Positions 43,474 to 52,325 of a stretch of 52,325 nucleotides of DNA are shown here, one piece after another (the stretch's first letter is position 1; each line of letters starts with the position of its first letter). Origin of the DNA: Kofleriaceae bacterium (GTDB lineage Bacteria; Myxococcota_A; Polyangia; Haliangiales; Haliangiaceae); NCBI GenBank assembly GCA_965215005.1, contig CBDCCZ010000020.1, forward strand, positions 1 through 52,325, written 5' to 3'. The notes under the pieces were generated by a model. That model was not told the DNA's origin. It did not search any database and saw only the letters and a program-made list of their open reading frames with translations. A program made the position numbers and the translations under genes.

Positions 43474-44136
43474 TCAGTCTTGCCGCGGAGCACCCGCTGC
43501 ACGAGCGCCAGAGCCGGCGCCTTCGCCGATGAGGTTTTCGAGCCGCAGCGAGAACGACTCCAGGTCGCCAATGACACGCTTCATAGCGGTGCTCAAGAGC
43601 AGATGCGCCACCATGCAGACGAGGGCGATGGAGAGGCCGTAGGCGGTGTTGTACATCGCCTCGGCGATACCATCGGAGAGCTTGCGTTGGCGCTCGGCAG
43701 GGTTGGCGTCACCCACCGCAGAGAAGGTGTTGATGAGACCAGTAATAGTTCCCAGCAAGCCGGTGAGGGTGACGATGTTGGCCATCGACCACAGCGCGCC
43801 GACGCGCGTCTTCACCTCGGGCGTCACGTCGACCATGGTTTCTTCCATGGCCTGCGCGACCGCCGCTTCACCGCGGTGAATGCGGTTGAGACCAGCCTTG
43901 GCGACGCGCGCGATGGGCGCGCTGGTGGCATCGCACAGCTTCTTGGCCCGGTCGATATTGTTGGCAGCGAGCAGCCGCTTGATCTGCTCCAAGAACGCCT
44001 TGGCGTTGATGTGCCCACGACCGAGGAAATAGATGGCGCGTTCAACGATGATGGCGATGACGACCGCCAGGAAGAACGTGTTGACGATGAAGAACGGCCC
44101 GCCCTTCGTAAATACGTCCGATAGCCAATCCATCAT
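43474..44136 (-). CDS. MotA/TolQ/ExbB proton-channel protein
   Basis: AIIVER, ANIVTLTGLLGTITGLINTF, LSDGIAEAMYNTAYGL. Confidence 0.92.
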   Translation of the reverse strand: MMDWLSDVFTKGGPFFIVNTFFLAVVIAIIVERAIYFLGRGHINAKAFLEQIKRLLAANNIDRAKKLCDATSAPIARVAKAGLNRIHRGEAAVAQAMEETMVDVTPEVKTRVGALWSMANIVTLTGLLGTITGLINTFSAVGDANPAERQRKLSDGIAEAMYNTAYGLSIALVCMVAHLLLSTAMKRVIGDLESFSLRLENLIGEGAGSGARAAGAPRQD

Positions 44137-44246
44137 GGGTCTTCTTCTTCCGCCTCCTGCCGAGCACGACGTCGGCGAGTCCTCCGTACGCAGGGAGGTG
44201 TGCTATGGCGCTCACAGAGGGAGCCGACATCCCGGCCCCAGGCAGC

Positions 44247-44276
44247 TTTGTACAAGCGAAATCTTAGTTGAGTCAA
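44247..44276 (-). promoter_or_regulatory. Candidate sigma70 promoter for the exbB-exbD-exbD operon
   Basis: Minus strand reads TTGACT-N18-TACAAA in an AT-richer patch. Confidence 0.45.
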
Positions 44277-44338
44277 GAACTTGGGGCCCCAAACGCCGGA
44301 CTGCAGGCACGCTGCGCAGGAGCGTGAGGGCGCGGCAA

Positions 44339-44884
44339 CTACCTTTCCTCAGCAGCTTGGACAACATCGCCGGCGCTGCTGTTGTCCAGCGAGCGGATCC
44401 AGCGAGTAATGGCCTCGCGCTTCTCTTCGCAGAGGAGGGGATTTCCTGGTGGCATGGTAAGCCGTCGCGGTCCATCGTAGTGCCCAAGAATGATCATTAG
44501 GTAGCTGGCCTGCGGATCGCCCGGGACGACGAGCTCATAGCTGGGCTGAAGGGTGGAAGGTTGCCCCACCAACGCCGCTTGCGCCATGCCCGCCTCGAGA
44601 TTGAGCCCGGCGGCACTGCGCGCCTCGCCCATGTGGCACGCGCTAAAGCCGGCGCAGCTCTTGGTGAAGATCTCTTGCTGAATCCATTCTAGGTCCGAGT
44701 GCTCAGTCGCAGCGACGCAGCTGGCGGAGACGTCGCCCGAGCCGGCGTCGCCCGAGCCGGCGTCGCCCGAGCCGGCGTCGACGGTGTTATCGGGCTGGTC
44801 GCCCTTCGAGTTGCTATCGCTGCAGGCGGGCAGAAGGACCGTGAGGCTGACGGCGAAAAACGCGGCGTAATACGGCAGACGCAT
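44339..44884 (-). CDS. Lipoprotein with atypical c-type cytochrome-like domain
   Basis: Lipobox LPAC; IFTKSCAGFSACH, GLNL, VVPGDPQASYL, MPP, I.RWI. Confidence 0.7.
   Translation of the reverse strand: MRLPYYAAFFAVSLTVLLPACSDSNSKGDQPDNTVDAGSGDAGSGDAGSGDVSASCVAATEHSDLEWIQQEIFTKSCAGFSACHMGEARSAAGLNLEAGMAQAALVGQPSTLQPSYELVVPGDPQASYLMIILGHYDGPRRLTMPPGNPLLCEEKREAITRWIRSLDNSSAGDVVQAAEER
44731..44780 (-). repeat. In-frame 15-bp perfect tandem repeat (DAGSG x3)
   Basis: cgtcgcccgagccgg x3 plus cgtcg. Confidence 0.9.
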
Positions 44885-44998
44885 GCGGAGACTTCCTTGC
44901 AGGGCGCGCGCTCCTTCGAGCGATGCAGCGCGCGGACGATAGCATGATTGATCGTGGCCCTGAGCCGGCGCTTCTGCGCCGTCCTGTCGCCGAGGAGC

Positions 44999-47425
44999 TC
45001 ACTGCTTACGAGTTCGGGCCGCCTTCTTGCGAGAGCTCAACCAGAACGGCTCGCCGGCAACGAAGCCGAGCGGTTTTACGCGTCCGGCAAATCGCGGTGG
45101 CACCGTACCCCGGGCGAAGGGGATCCACGCCGCGCCCCAGCTGCCGGGGGGCGCGGGCCGGCCGGTGTTCTCATCGGCGCGGACGAAGCGAATATCGGAG
45201 GGCGCCGGAAATGGGCGTACGGCAGTGTCGGGGTGCGCGTGCTGCATGAACTGCAGCCAGATCGGCAGCGCCGCACCGCCGCCGGTAGCCCGGCCTCCGA
45301 CAGGCGTGAAGTCGTCGCGGCCGAGCCACACGCCGGCGACCAAGTCGGCGGTGAAACCGAAGAACCAAGCATCGCGATGCCCGGTGGAGGTGCCGGTCTT
45401 GCCAGCGGTGGGGCGGCCGAGAGCCTGCGCCTTGCGGCCGGTGCCGCGCGCCACGACCGCGGTCATCAGGTCGGTCGTGAGGTAGGCGATCTCGGGCGAC
45501 AGCGCGCGCTCGTGAGGGCGCTCTCGCCGCCAGTCATCGATCACGGTTCCATCGGCAGCGGTGACGCGGTCGACGAAGCGGGGCTCGACCCGCATGCCGC
45601 CGTTGGCGAAGGCAGCGTAGCCAGCTGCGACCTCTAGGAGGGTGAGATCGGGGGTTCCCAAGGCAATGGAGATGTGTCGTGGGATGGGCGAAGCGATCCC
45701 GACGGCGCGCATCGTCTCGACGAGCTTATCGACACCGAGCTGGACGAGCAGCCGAACGCTCACCGTGTTGAGCGACTTGGCCAGCGCCGTCCGCAGGGTC
45801 ACCGGGCCTTTGTAGGTGTTGTCGTAGTTCTTGGGCGCCCACACCCCCGCGACAGTGCGCACAGCCACCGGGGCATCGTTAAAGACATCGAGCTGCGTGA
45901 TGCCGTTTTCCAGCGCAGTTGCGTAGATGAAAGGCTTAATTGCCGAGCCGATTTGTCGCTTGGCCTGGGTGGCGCGATTGAACTGACTCTGCAGGTAGTC
46001 GTAGCCGCCGACCATCGCGATCACGCGGCCGGTGGGCGGCTCGATGGCAACGAGCGCTCCCTGGACGTCCGGCTGTTGCGCGAGGTCGACGCGAAAATTG
46101 CCGCGCTCGTCCTCTCCTAAGGTGACCGGCAACAGGTCTCCCACCTCGATGCGACGACCATCCTCGCCGCGCCAGCGCACCAAGCTCTTGGCATCATCGC
46201 TGGCCAGCGGCATGCGCTCGGGGCCGAGCTCGATGGTGATGCTGCCTGACGGTCGAATGGCCGCCACTGCGCCGACGTAGGTGACGTCGGGCAACATGGT
46301 GCCGCCGCCGGTGAGCTCTAGATCTTGTAGTCCCGGAAAGTAGGGACGCAGAGGTCCTTCGCCGAAAGCCGAGCGTCGATGCTCGTCGAGATGGTCCAGC
46401 GGCCCGCGAAAGCCGATGTCGCGGTCGAGCGCCAGCAGCCCATCGCGCACCGCTGCTTCTGCGGCGAGCTGACTGCGGGTGTCGAGGGTGGTGTAAATAC
46501 GCATGCCGTCGTTGAACACGCTGCGGGTGCCGTAACGCTGCTGCGCCCAACGCCGCACGTGCTCGACGAAGTACGGCGCCGCGATATGGTTGAGCGGCTC
46601 GTCCTGGTCGAGAATGGCCAGCGGCTCCCGCTGTGCTGCCGCGAGCTGGCCGTGGGTGATGGCGCCATCGTCGCGCATGCGACCGAGGACGTAACGCTGC
46701 CGCGTCCGCGCCGCCTCGGGGTTGCGATGGGGCGAGTAGCGCGATGGCGCTTGCACCAGGCCGGCAAGCAGGGCCGACTCCGCGATCGTTAGATGGTGCA
46801 CGTCCTTGCCAAAGTAAGCTTCAGCGCCCGCGCCAACACCATACGCACCGCGCCCCAGATAGACGTGGTTGAGATAGATGTGAAGAACTTGATGCTTGGA
46901 GAGCTCGCGTTCGACGCGTACGGACAAAATCAGTTCTTTGATTTTGCGACTGTAGGTGCGTTCATTGGACAAGAGCAGCATCCGCGTGACTTGCTGCGTG
47001 ATCGTTGAGGCGCCCTGCTTGGTCGCGCCGCTGCGATAGTTGGCCCACGCCGCCCGAACGATGCCCGTGATGTCAAAGCCCGGGTGTTGCCAGAACCGGC
47101 CGTCTTCGGCGGACACGAAGGCGCTGCGCACGTGCTCGGGAATGCGGTCGGGCGGCACCAGGACGCGCCGTTCGAAGGAAAATTCGCCGATGAGCTCGCC
47201 GTTGGCGGAGTACACGCGGGTGGCCCGGTTCGGCTCGTACTCCATCGCGCTAGCCAAATCGCGCGGCAGCTCGCGACTGAGCTCGGAAACGGTGTAGTAG
47301 ACAAACCCAAGAACCGCGAAACTTCCATACAAGAGCAGCAAGAACAACACACGCAACACCGATAGACGACGGAGCTTGCGCGGAGGTTTGCGCCGTTTTC
47401 TTGTCTTTAAAGGCACAGGGCTCAA
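44999..47425 (-). CDS. Class A penicillin-binding protein (PBP1A family)
   Basis: N-terminal TM; glycosyltransferase motifs AEDGRF, GASTITQQ, RKIKE, YLNHVYLG; transpeptidase motifs SAIK, SLN, KTG. Confidence 0.95.
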   Translation of the reverse strand: MSPVPLKTRKRRKPPRKLRRLSVLRVLFLLLLYGSFAVLGFVYYTVSELSRELPRDLASAMEYEPNRATRVYSANGELIGEFSFERRVLVPPDRIPEHVRSAFVSAEDGRFWQHPGFDITGIVRAAWANYRSGATKQGASTITQQVTRMLLLSNERTYSRKIKELILSVRVERELSKHQVLHIYLNHVYLGRGAYGVGAGAEAYFGKDVHHLTIAESALLAGLVQAPSRYSPHRNPEAARTRQRYVLGRMRDDGAITHGQLAAAQREPLAILDQDEPLNHIAAPYFVEHVRRWAQQRYGTRSVFNDGMRIYTTLDTRSQLAAEAAVRDGLLALDRDIGFRGPLDHLDEHRRSAFGEGPLRPYFPGLQDLELTGGGTMLPDVTYVGAVAAIRPSGSITIELGPERMPLASDDAKSLVRWRGEDGRRIEVGDLLPVTLGEDERGNFRVDLAQQPDVQGALVAIEPPTGRVIAMVGGYDYLQSQFNRATQAKRQIGSAIKPFIYATALENGITQLDVFNDAPVAVRTVAGVWAPKNYDNTYKGPVTLRTALAKSLNTVSVRLLVQLGVDKLVETMRAVGIASPIPRHISIALGTPDLTLLEVAAGYAAFANGGMRVEPRFVDRVTAADGTVIDDWRRERPHERALSPEIAYLTTDLMTAVVARGTGRKAQALGRPTAGKTGTSTGHRDAWFFGFTADLVAGVWLGRDDFTPVGGRATGGGAALPIWLQFMQHAHPDTAVRPFPAPSDIRFVRADENTGRPAPPGSWGAAWIPFARGTVPPRFAGRVKPLGFVAGEPFWLSSRKKAARTRKQ

Positions 47426-47473
47426 ACTGTTGTAGGTATGCGGTGGCTGGCAGCGGTGGTCAACGGTTCAATC

Positions 47474-49279
47474 ATGCGGATGCGCGCAGGTCTGGTCATC
47501 TCACTCGTCGTCGCGATAGCGGGGACGGCCGCGGCGCAGCCGCAAGGCTCATCGCCGGAGCGGCTGCAGCTCGAGGAGCATCGCACGCCGCCGATACCGG
47601 GTGTGGTTCCGGCAGGCTTCACGGTGATGGCGTTCGAGAATCGCTCCGGGGTCACGGGCCTCGATTGGATGAGCGCCGGCGTGCCGTTTGTTCTTGCCGA
47701 GAAAGCCGCTCGTCATCTCTCGCTGCGTCCTACCTATGGCGCGCTCATCGTTCCTCCTGGACCGGTGACGTCGGCCACCGTCGAGTCGGTGTCGCATCTA
47801 GCCGGCAGCCAGGATGCGCATTGGGTGTGGACCGGTTGGTTTGCGCGACCCGACTGGGAGCTCGAGCTCGGCGTGAGCCTCTGGCGCGTCGACGCCGCAG
47901 GGGTTGCCGCGCCTATCGGCGAAGTGATCGCGCGCGGCCAGTTTGCCGAGGTCCATACCTTCACCGGTCAGGCAATCGCCGAGCTCGCGCGCAAAGCGGG
48001 ACTCGCGCTCAACGCGACGCTCGAACCGGCGCTCGCGGAGCCGCCCACCGAAGACTTCTACGCGTTCACCTTACTCGGTCGAGGACTTGCCGCGTTCGCC
48101 GGCGTAGGCGGCGAGGTAAACATGGTGGCTGCGACCAGAGACCTCTCGCGGGCGATCTTCATCGACCCCACGCTCGCCGAGGGCCAGCGGCTGGTGGGTG
48201 AGTTGCTCCTGGAGCTCGACAAACCGGCCCAGGCGCGGTTGCGGTTTGGCACCGCGCTCGAGCTGCGACCCGATTACTATCCAGCCCTGCAGGCGCATGC
48301 GTTGCTGCTCGAGCAAATCGAGAAGAACGCCCACGCTTGCGAGCTCTACGAGCGAATGCTCGCGCTGCGTCCGTGGGATCTCGAGGCCCGGTATCGGCTC
48401 GGGCGCACCTTGTGGACCTCGGGAGCCGCGGACGCGGCGTTTGCCGAGCTGCAGCGGGTGGTGGCTGCCGCGCCCGAGCACGTGCCGGCGCGGCGAGTGC
48501 TCGTCAATATCCATGCTTCCCGCGGTCACACCGCGGATCTGGCCAAGGAGCTGGAAGCCGTCGCCACGCTCGATCCAACAGACTTGCAGGTGCGGATGGA
48601 TCTAGGGGCGGCGTACACCGCCATGGGAGCGGTGGAGGAAGCCATCGGCGCCTATGAGCGGGTTGCTCGCGACGAGCCGCAGAATCTCCAAGCGCTCAAG
48701 TTCCTCGGCGACTTGCACCGTCGGCGCGGCGATCGCGATGCCAGCGTTTCCTACTACCGTCGCGCGCTGGACCTCGATCCCGAAGACCCGCGCGCGTACT
48801 TCTTGCTCGGTGCGGCGCACGTGCAAGCCGGCAATGATCGCGAGGCCAAGCGGGTGTATCGGCGTGCGCAGCGGTTTCGCAAGTATCTCGGGCACGTCTA
48901 CAACAATCTCGGCGCAATCGCCTATCGCGAGGGGCGCTACAACGAATCGATCTGGTACATGAGTCGCGCGGTGATCAAGCGGCCCGCGAGCGCGCGGGTT
49001 CGCTACAACTACGCGCTCTCTCTGTCGGCAGCACGCGATCCCTTGGTCGCGTTGCACCAGGTCGACGCCGGGCTGCGCCTCGATCCCCAGCACGTCGAGC
49101 TCAACTATCTCAAGGGGGTGGTGCTGCTGCGGCAGGGCGAGGTGGAGGCAGCGCGTCGCGCCTTCGAGCGCACCCTCGAGCTCGACCCAGAGCACGACGC
49201 CTCGCAGCACAACCTGGCGCTGCTTCGCGAAATGGAGCGGTCGCTGCAACACGGCGAAGTCGTCATCGAAGGACCTTGA
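47474..49279 (+). CDS. Exported TPR-repeat protein with N-terminal TolB-N/FlgO-like alpha/beta domain
   Basis: Signal peptide, VMAFENRSG..LDWM..G motif, multiple TPRs (YRRALDLDPEDPRAYFLLG). Start approximate. Confidence 0.8.
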   Translation: MRMRAGLVISLVVAIAGTAAAQPQGSSPERLQLEEHRTPPIPGVVPAGFTVMAFENRSGVTGLDWMSAGVPFVLAEKAARHLSLRPTYGALIVPPGPVTSATVESVSHLAGSQDAHWVWTGWFARPDWELELGVSLWRVDAAGVAAPIGEVIARGQFAEVHTFTGQAIAELARKAGLALNATLEPALAEPPTEDFYAFTLLGRGLAAFAGVGGEVNMVAATRDLSRAIFIDPTLAEGQRLVGELLLELDKPAQARLRFGTALELRPDYYPALQAHALLLEQIEKNAHACELYERMLALRPWDLEARYRLGRTLWTSGAADAAFAELQRVVAAAPEHVPARRVLVNIHASRGHTADLAKELEAVATLDPTDLQVRMDLGAAYTAMGAVEEAIGAYERVARDEPQNLQALKFLGDLHRRRGDRDASVSYYRRALDLDPEDPRAYFLLGAAHVQAGNDREAKRVYRRAQRFRKYLGHVYNNLGAIAYREGRYNESIWYMSRAVIKRPASARVRYNYALSLSAARDPLVALHQVDAGLRLDPQHVELNYLKGVVLLRQGEVEAARRAFERTLELDPEHDASQHNLALLREMERSLQHGEVVIEGP

Positions 49280-49291
49280 GCGGCGCTGCGA

Positions 49292-50194
49292 TCAGAAGCA
49301 GCGCATCGTGACTTCCCAGCCATCGTGGATGTAAGCCTCGCGGAGAGTGCCCTGCTGGCCGCACTGCTGAGCGGAGTCTTCTAAGATGAGGCACATGGTG
49401 CGGCGGCCGGCGCTGTACTGGAAGGCGCTCTTGGTGTTGGCTCCGACCTGTCCAAGGAGCTCGCCGCCGACGAACACGTCGACGCGGTGCGGGCACCCGC
49501 GGTTGTCGACGAAGAACGTCGCCGAGGCGGCGCCGATGCCGCCGACCGAGTGGGACGAGGGGAGGTCGGCAGCGGGCTCGGATGGCGCGGCTGGCTCCGG
49601 CGGAGCGGTTCGATCCTCGGCCAGCAGCGCGCCGATCGGACATCGGCGCACGATCAGCTCGGCGCCGATTTGCGTCTGCGTTTCGATTCGCATCTCGTGG
49701 TAGTCGCGCAAGGCGTCGCGATAGAGTTCACGGGCGCGAGTGACCTTCCAGCGATAGTCGGGGGTGAGGCCGGCGGTTTCGCCGAGCTCGTCGTACTGCA
49801 TCACCACGCGGAAGGCGTTGGTGAGCCGGGTTCCGAGCTCGGCGAAGCGCTGGCCGGCCTCGAGCTGCGCTTGAAGATGTCCGCCGATGCCCGCAGGGCA
49901 CCCGCGGCGCTGGCCGGCAATGGCATCGATGAGAGCTTTGCTGTGGCGGCCAAACCGCTGCCGCGCCTCATCCATTGCGGCAGCGAGCTCGTAGAGGTCA
50001 TCGACGTGGCCCTGGAAGGTCTCGACATCGCCAAACACCATCTCGACCTCGGCTGGGCCCTCCATGTGAAAGCCTCGTTGCCGGTGCTCTTCTACCGGCG
50101 GGACCGGGATGACGTCGCCCGGCTGGGCCAACGCAGCCTCCGCCAGCGCTAGCGCGGCCAGTGCCGCGAGCCAGTGCCATCGCGAGAGCTGCAT
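49292..50194 (-). CDS. Hypothetical secreted protein (helical domain plus small Cys-containing beta domain)
   Basis: Signal peptide ending ALA-Q, 300-aa ORF with gene-like codon usage, LTPDYRWKV motif. Confidence 0.7.
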   Translation of the reverse strand: MQLSRWHWLAALAALALAEAALAQPGDVIPVPPVEEHRQRGFHMEGPAEVEMVFGDVETFQGHVDDLYELAAAMDEARQRFGRHSKALIDAIAGQRRGCPAGIGGHLQAQLEAGQRFAELGTRLTNAFRVVMQYDELGETAGLTPDYRWKVTRARELYRDALRDYHEMRIETQTQIGAELIVRRCPIGALLAEDRTAPPEPAAPSEPAADLPSSHSVGGIGAASATFFVDNRGCPHRVDVFVGGELLGQVGANTKSAFQYSAGRRTMCLILEDSAQQCGQQGTLREAYIHDGWEVTMRCF

Positions 50195-50218
50195 GACGCA
50201 AGTATTGAGCCCACGGCA

Positions 50219-50244
50219 GGCAAACGCCAGCGCTGGGGTTTGCC
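50219..50244. promoter_or_regulatory. 26-bp near-perfect palindrome in divergent intergenic region
   Basis: GGCAAACGCCAGCGCTGGGGTTTGCC; 12 of 13 pairs match. Confidence 0.55.
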
Positions 50245-50277
50245 AGAACGCGGCAGCCGGGCTCTAATTGCCGCGTC

Positions 50278-51192
50278 GTGAACGAGCGCACCCCACAGCT
50301 GGTCTTTGCTTCGCCGCGCGTCTTGCCCAAGGCGAGCGCGACGCGCGGCCGGGTGGTGGTGGTCGATATCGCCTTCGCCGCGACCGCCGGAGGTGGCGTT
50401 TCCTATGAGGCCATCACCAAGCCGTTCATCGACGGGCTTGGCGACCGTCTCGCGGCGTGGGTGGATCATCATGATCACGACCGTCACGTCGACTTCGCAG
50501 CGGATCCGCGGTTCACGTTGGCGACCAAGGCCGAGCACGGGGCGTGCCCCGAGATGGTCACGCCCGAGCTCGTGCGGCAGACCGGGCCGATCGACTGCAT
50601 CGTCGCCCACGTCGATTTAGACGGGCTCTATTCGGCCGCTAAGTGGATTCTCGCCGGTCGCGAACCATATCCCGGAGCAGACGACGATGCCCGCTGCGTC
50701 GACACCCGCACCGGCGAGCCCAGCGCTGTCGGCGCGCGAATCGATCGGGCCTTGCGAGCGCGCTTTCGCGACAATCCGCTCAAGCGCGCGGTGGTGTTGT
50801 GGCTGGTTGGCGGCATGCGCCCCGGTGCTCACCAAGATGCCATCGAAGAAGCCGCCGCCGAGTTCGATTCCCGCAGCCGCGGAACGGCGACGTTGGCGCA
50901 GCGTTACGTCATGCGCGGCCGCGTTGCCTATGTCGACGCGCGCGGCGAGAAGGCTCCCTACGATAAAACCGACCTGCTGCTGGAAGGGCAGCGGCAAGCA
51001 TCGGTGTCGGCGGTGCGCGACTCGGGAACCCTCACCATCGCGGCGCGCTTCGACTCAGGATGGGATTTTGTCGACCTGCTCGGTCTCGAGGGCGGCATGC
51101 CGACGCGCGTGAGCGTGCCCGACTCGCGGCTCGAGGAGGCTCTCACGGCGATCAACACCGCGCCGTCACCGCGTCCGCGAGCGGCTCGATGA
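50278..51192 (+). CDS. DHH-phosphoesterase-like protein
   Basis: VVVVD, WVDHHDH and IVAHVDLDGLYSA motifs; C-terminal LGLEGGMPTRVS. Confidence 0.6.
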   Translation: MNERTPQLVFASPRVLPKASATRGRVVVVDIAFAATAGGGVSYEAITKPFIDGLGDRLAAWVDHHDHDRHVDFAADPRFTLATKAEHGACPEMVTPELVRQTGPIDCIVAHVDLDGLYSAAKWILAGREPYPGADDDARCVDTRTGEPSAVGARIDRALRARFRDNPLKRAVVLWLVGGMRPGAHQDAIEEAAAEFDSRSRGTATLAQRYVMRGRVAYVDARGEKAPYDKTDLLLEGQRQASVSAVRDSGTLTIAARFDSGWDFVDLLGLEGGMPTRVSVPDSRLEEALTAINTAPSPRPRAAR

Positions 51193-51343
51193 AGTCGAGT
51201 CTCGCTTCGAAGCCTGCTGTTGTGATGGTTGTCTCGTGCCGCCGACGCTTGCGTGCTAGCCGCGTCGCAATCCTGCCATTGGCCAGATTTCTGGCCATGG
51301 CAGCGCCGCCGCCGGCCGCCACGCCTACGGGAGCTCGCTAGAG

Positions 51344-52273
51344 ATGCAGCCCAAGCCGCGGCCGGCATTTCGCACGGATGAGGTCGCTGAAGCGCTGCTA
51401 GAGAGCTACGAGACCTCTTCGGCCGCGATGAAGCACGTCAACTCCTATGAGCTGCCGGCCCCCGAGCAAATCGCTCGCATCGTCGAGCAATGTCGGGCGC
51501 TGCTGTTTCCCGGTTTCGTCGGCCCGTCGCTAGCGCGCACCACGCCTACCGAGCTGCGCGATCTCGTGCGCGAGCGGCTCGATGAGCTGCGCAACGCGCT
51601 GCGCCGGCAGCTCTATCGCGGCTTGCATCACAAAGCCCAGCTCGAAGGCCGCCCCCACGAGGATGATTGCCCGCATTGCGCCAACAAGGCGGAATGCATC
51701 ACCGCGCGGTTTCTCACCGGCTTGCCGGCGCTTCGCGAGCAGCTGGCCGACGACGTCGCGGCAGCCTACGAAGGAGATCCGGCGGCCAGCGGCACCGATG
51801 AGGTCATCTTCTGCTATCCGGGGATCTACGCGATCTCCGTGTACCGCCTGGCGCACGCGCTGCTGGTCGAAGGCGCCAAGATCATTCCGCGCATCATGAC
51901 CGAGCTGGCCCACGAGCGGACCGGAATCGATATTCATCCCGGCGCCGCGATTGGGCGCTCGTTTTTCATCGATCACGGAACCGGATTGGTCATCGGCGAG
52001 ACCACGGTCATCGGCGATCGGGTGCGCATCTATCAAGGCGTGACTCTCGGTGCGTTGTCGGTGCCCCGCGGCGCCAAGCGGCCAGCAGAAGATGTACAGC
52101 GTCATCCCACCATTGAAGACGATGTGGTGATCTATGCCGGCGCCACCATCCTGGGCGGCGATACCGTCATCGGCCGTGGTGCTGTCATCGGCGGCAACTG
52201 CTGGGTCACGTCCTCCATTGCTCCCGGGGCACGCGTGAGCCTGCAAGGCGTGCAGAAGCAGACGTCGCGGTAA
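51344..52273 (+). CDS. cysE: Serine O-acetyltransferase (CysE/EpsC type)
   Basis: [58 protein letters not shown]. Confidence 0.92.
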   Translation: MQPKPRPAFRTDEVAEALLESYETSSAAMKHVNSYELPAPEQIARIVEQCRALLFPGFVGPSLARTTPTELRDLVRERLDELRNALRRQLYRGLHHKAQLEGRPHEDDCPHCANKAECITARFLTGLPALREQLADDVAAAYEGDPAASGTDEVIFCYPGIYAISVYRLAHALLVEGAKIIPRIMTELAHERTGIDIHPGAAIGRSFFIDHGTGLVIGETTVIGDRVRIYQGVTLGALSVPRGAKRPAEDVQRHPTIEDDVVIYAGATILGGDTVIGRGAVIGGNCWVTSSIAPGARVSLQGVQKQTSR

Positions 52274-52325
52274 CGCTGCGTCGCTGTCTGCGGCGCCGGA
52301 CGGTACAATCGGTGCTGGCGCCGTG

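Overview
High-GC bacterial chromosomal segment, densely coding, with no rRNA, tRNA, CRISPR, phage or IS element recognisable by eye. The gene content suggests Myxococcota; this is an inference from the FHA-sigma54 activator, AAA-TPR, DUF3570/DUF4266, Cys-rich Kazal lipoproteins, VWA-FHA and ExbB plus two ExbD genes. Housekeeping genes are cca, aroC, a TsaC/Sua5-family gene, rlmE, a stand-alone rplC, tatD, metG, a PSP1/RicT gene, holB, an rlmI-like gene, a class A PBP and cysE. They are interspersed with envelope, TPR and lipoprotein genes. The first ~1.1 kb carries six single-base insertions in short base runs, probably read errors. Most notable observations: (1) a coupled three-gene operon of apparently degenerate ETF-alpha, ETF-beta and ADP-forming acyl-CoA-ligase homologues next to a divergent Rieske gene; (2) a DHH-like protein with permuted motif order; (3) an orphan rplC with its own near-consensus sigma70 promoter and a two-hairpin leader; (4) an amidase/M23-like/EF-hand fusion coupled to a VWA-TM-FHA gene; (5) a perfect 23-bp intergenic tandem array; (6) a sigma54 promoter with a palindromic upstream site; (7) several apparently leaderless genes. 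All calls were made by reading the sequence; no database searches were run.
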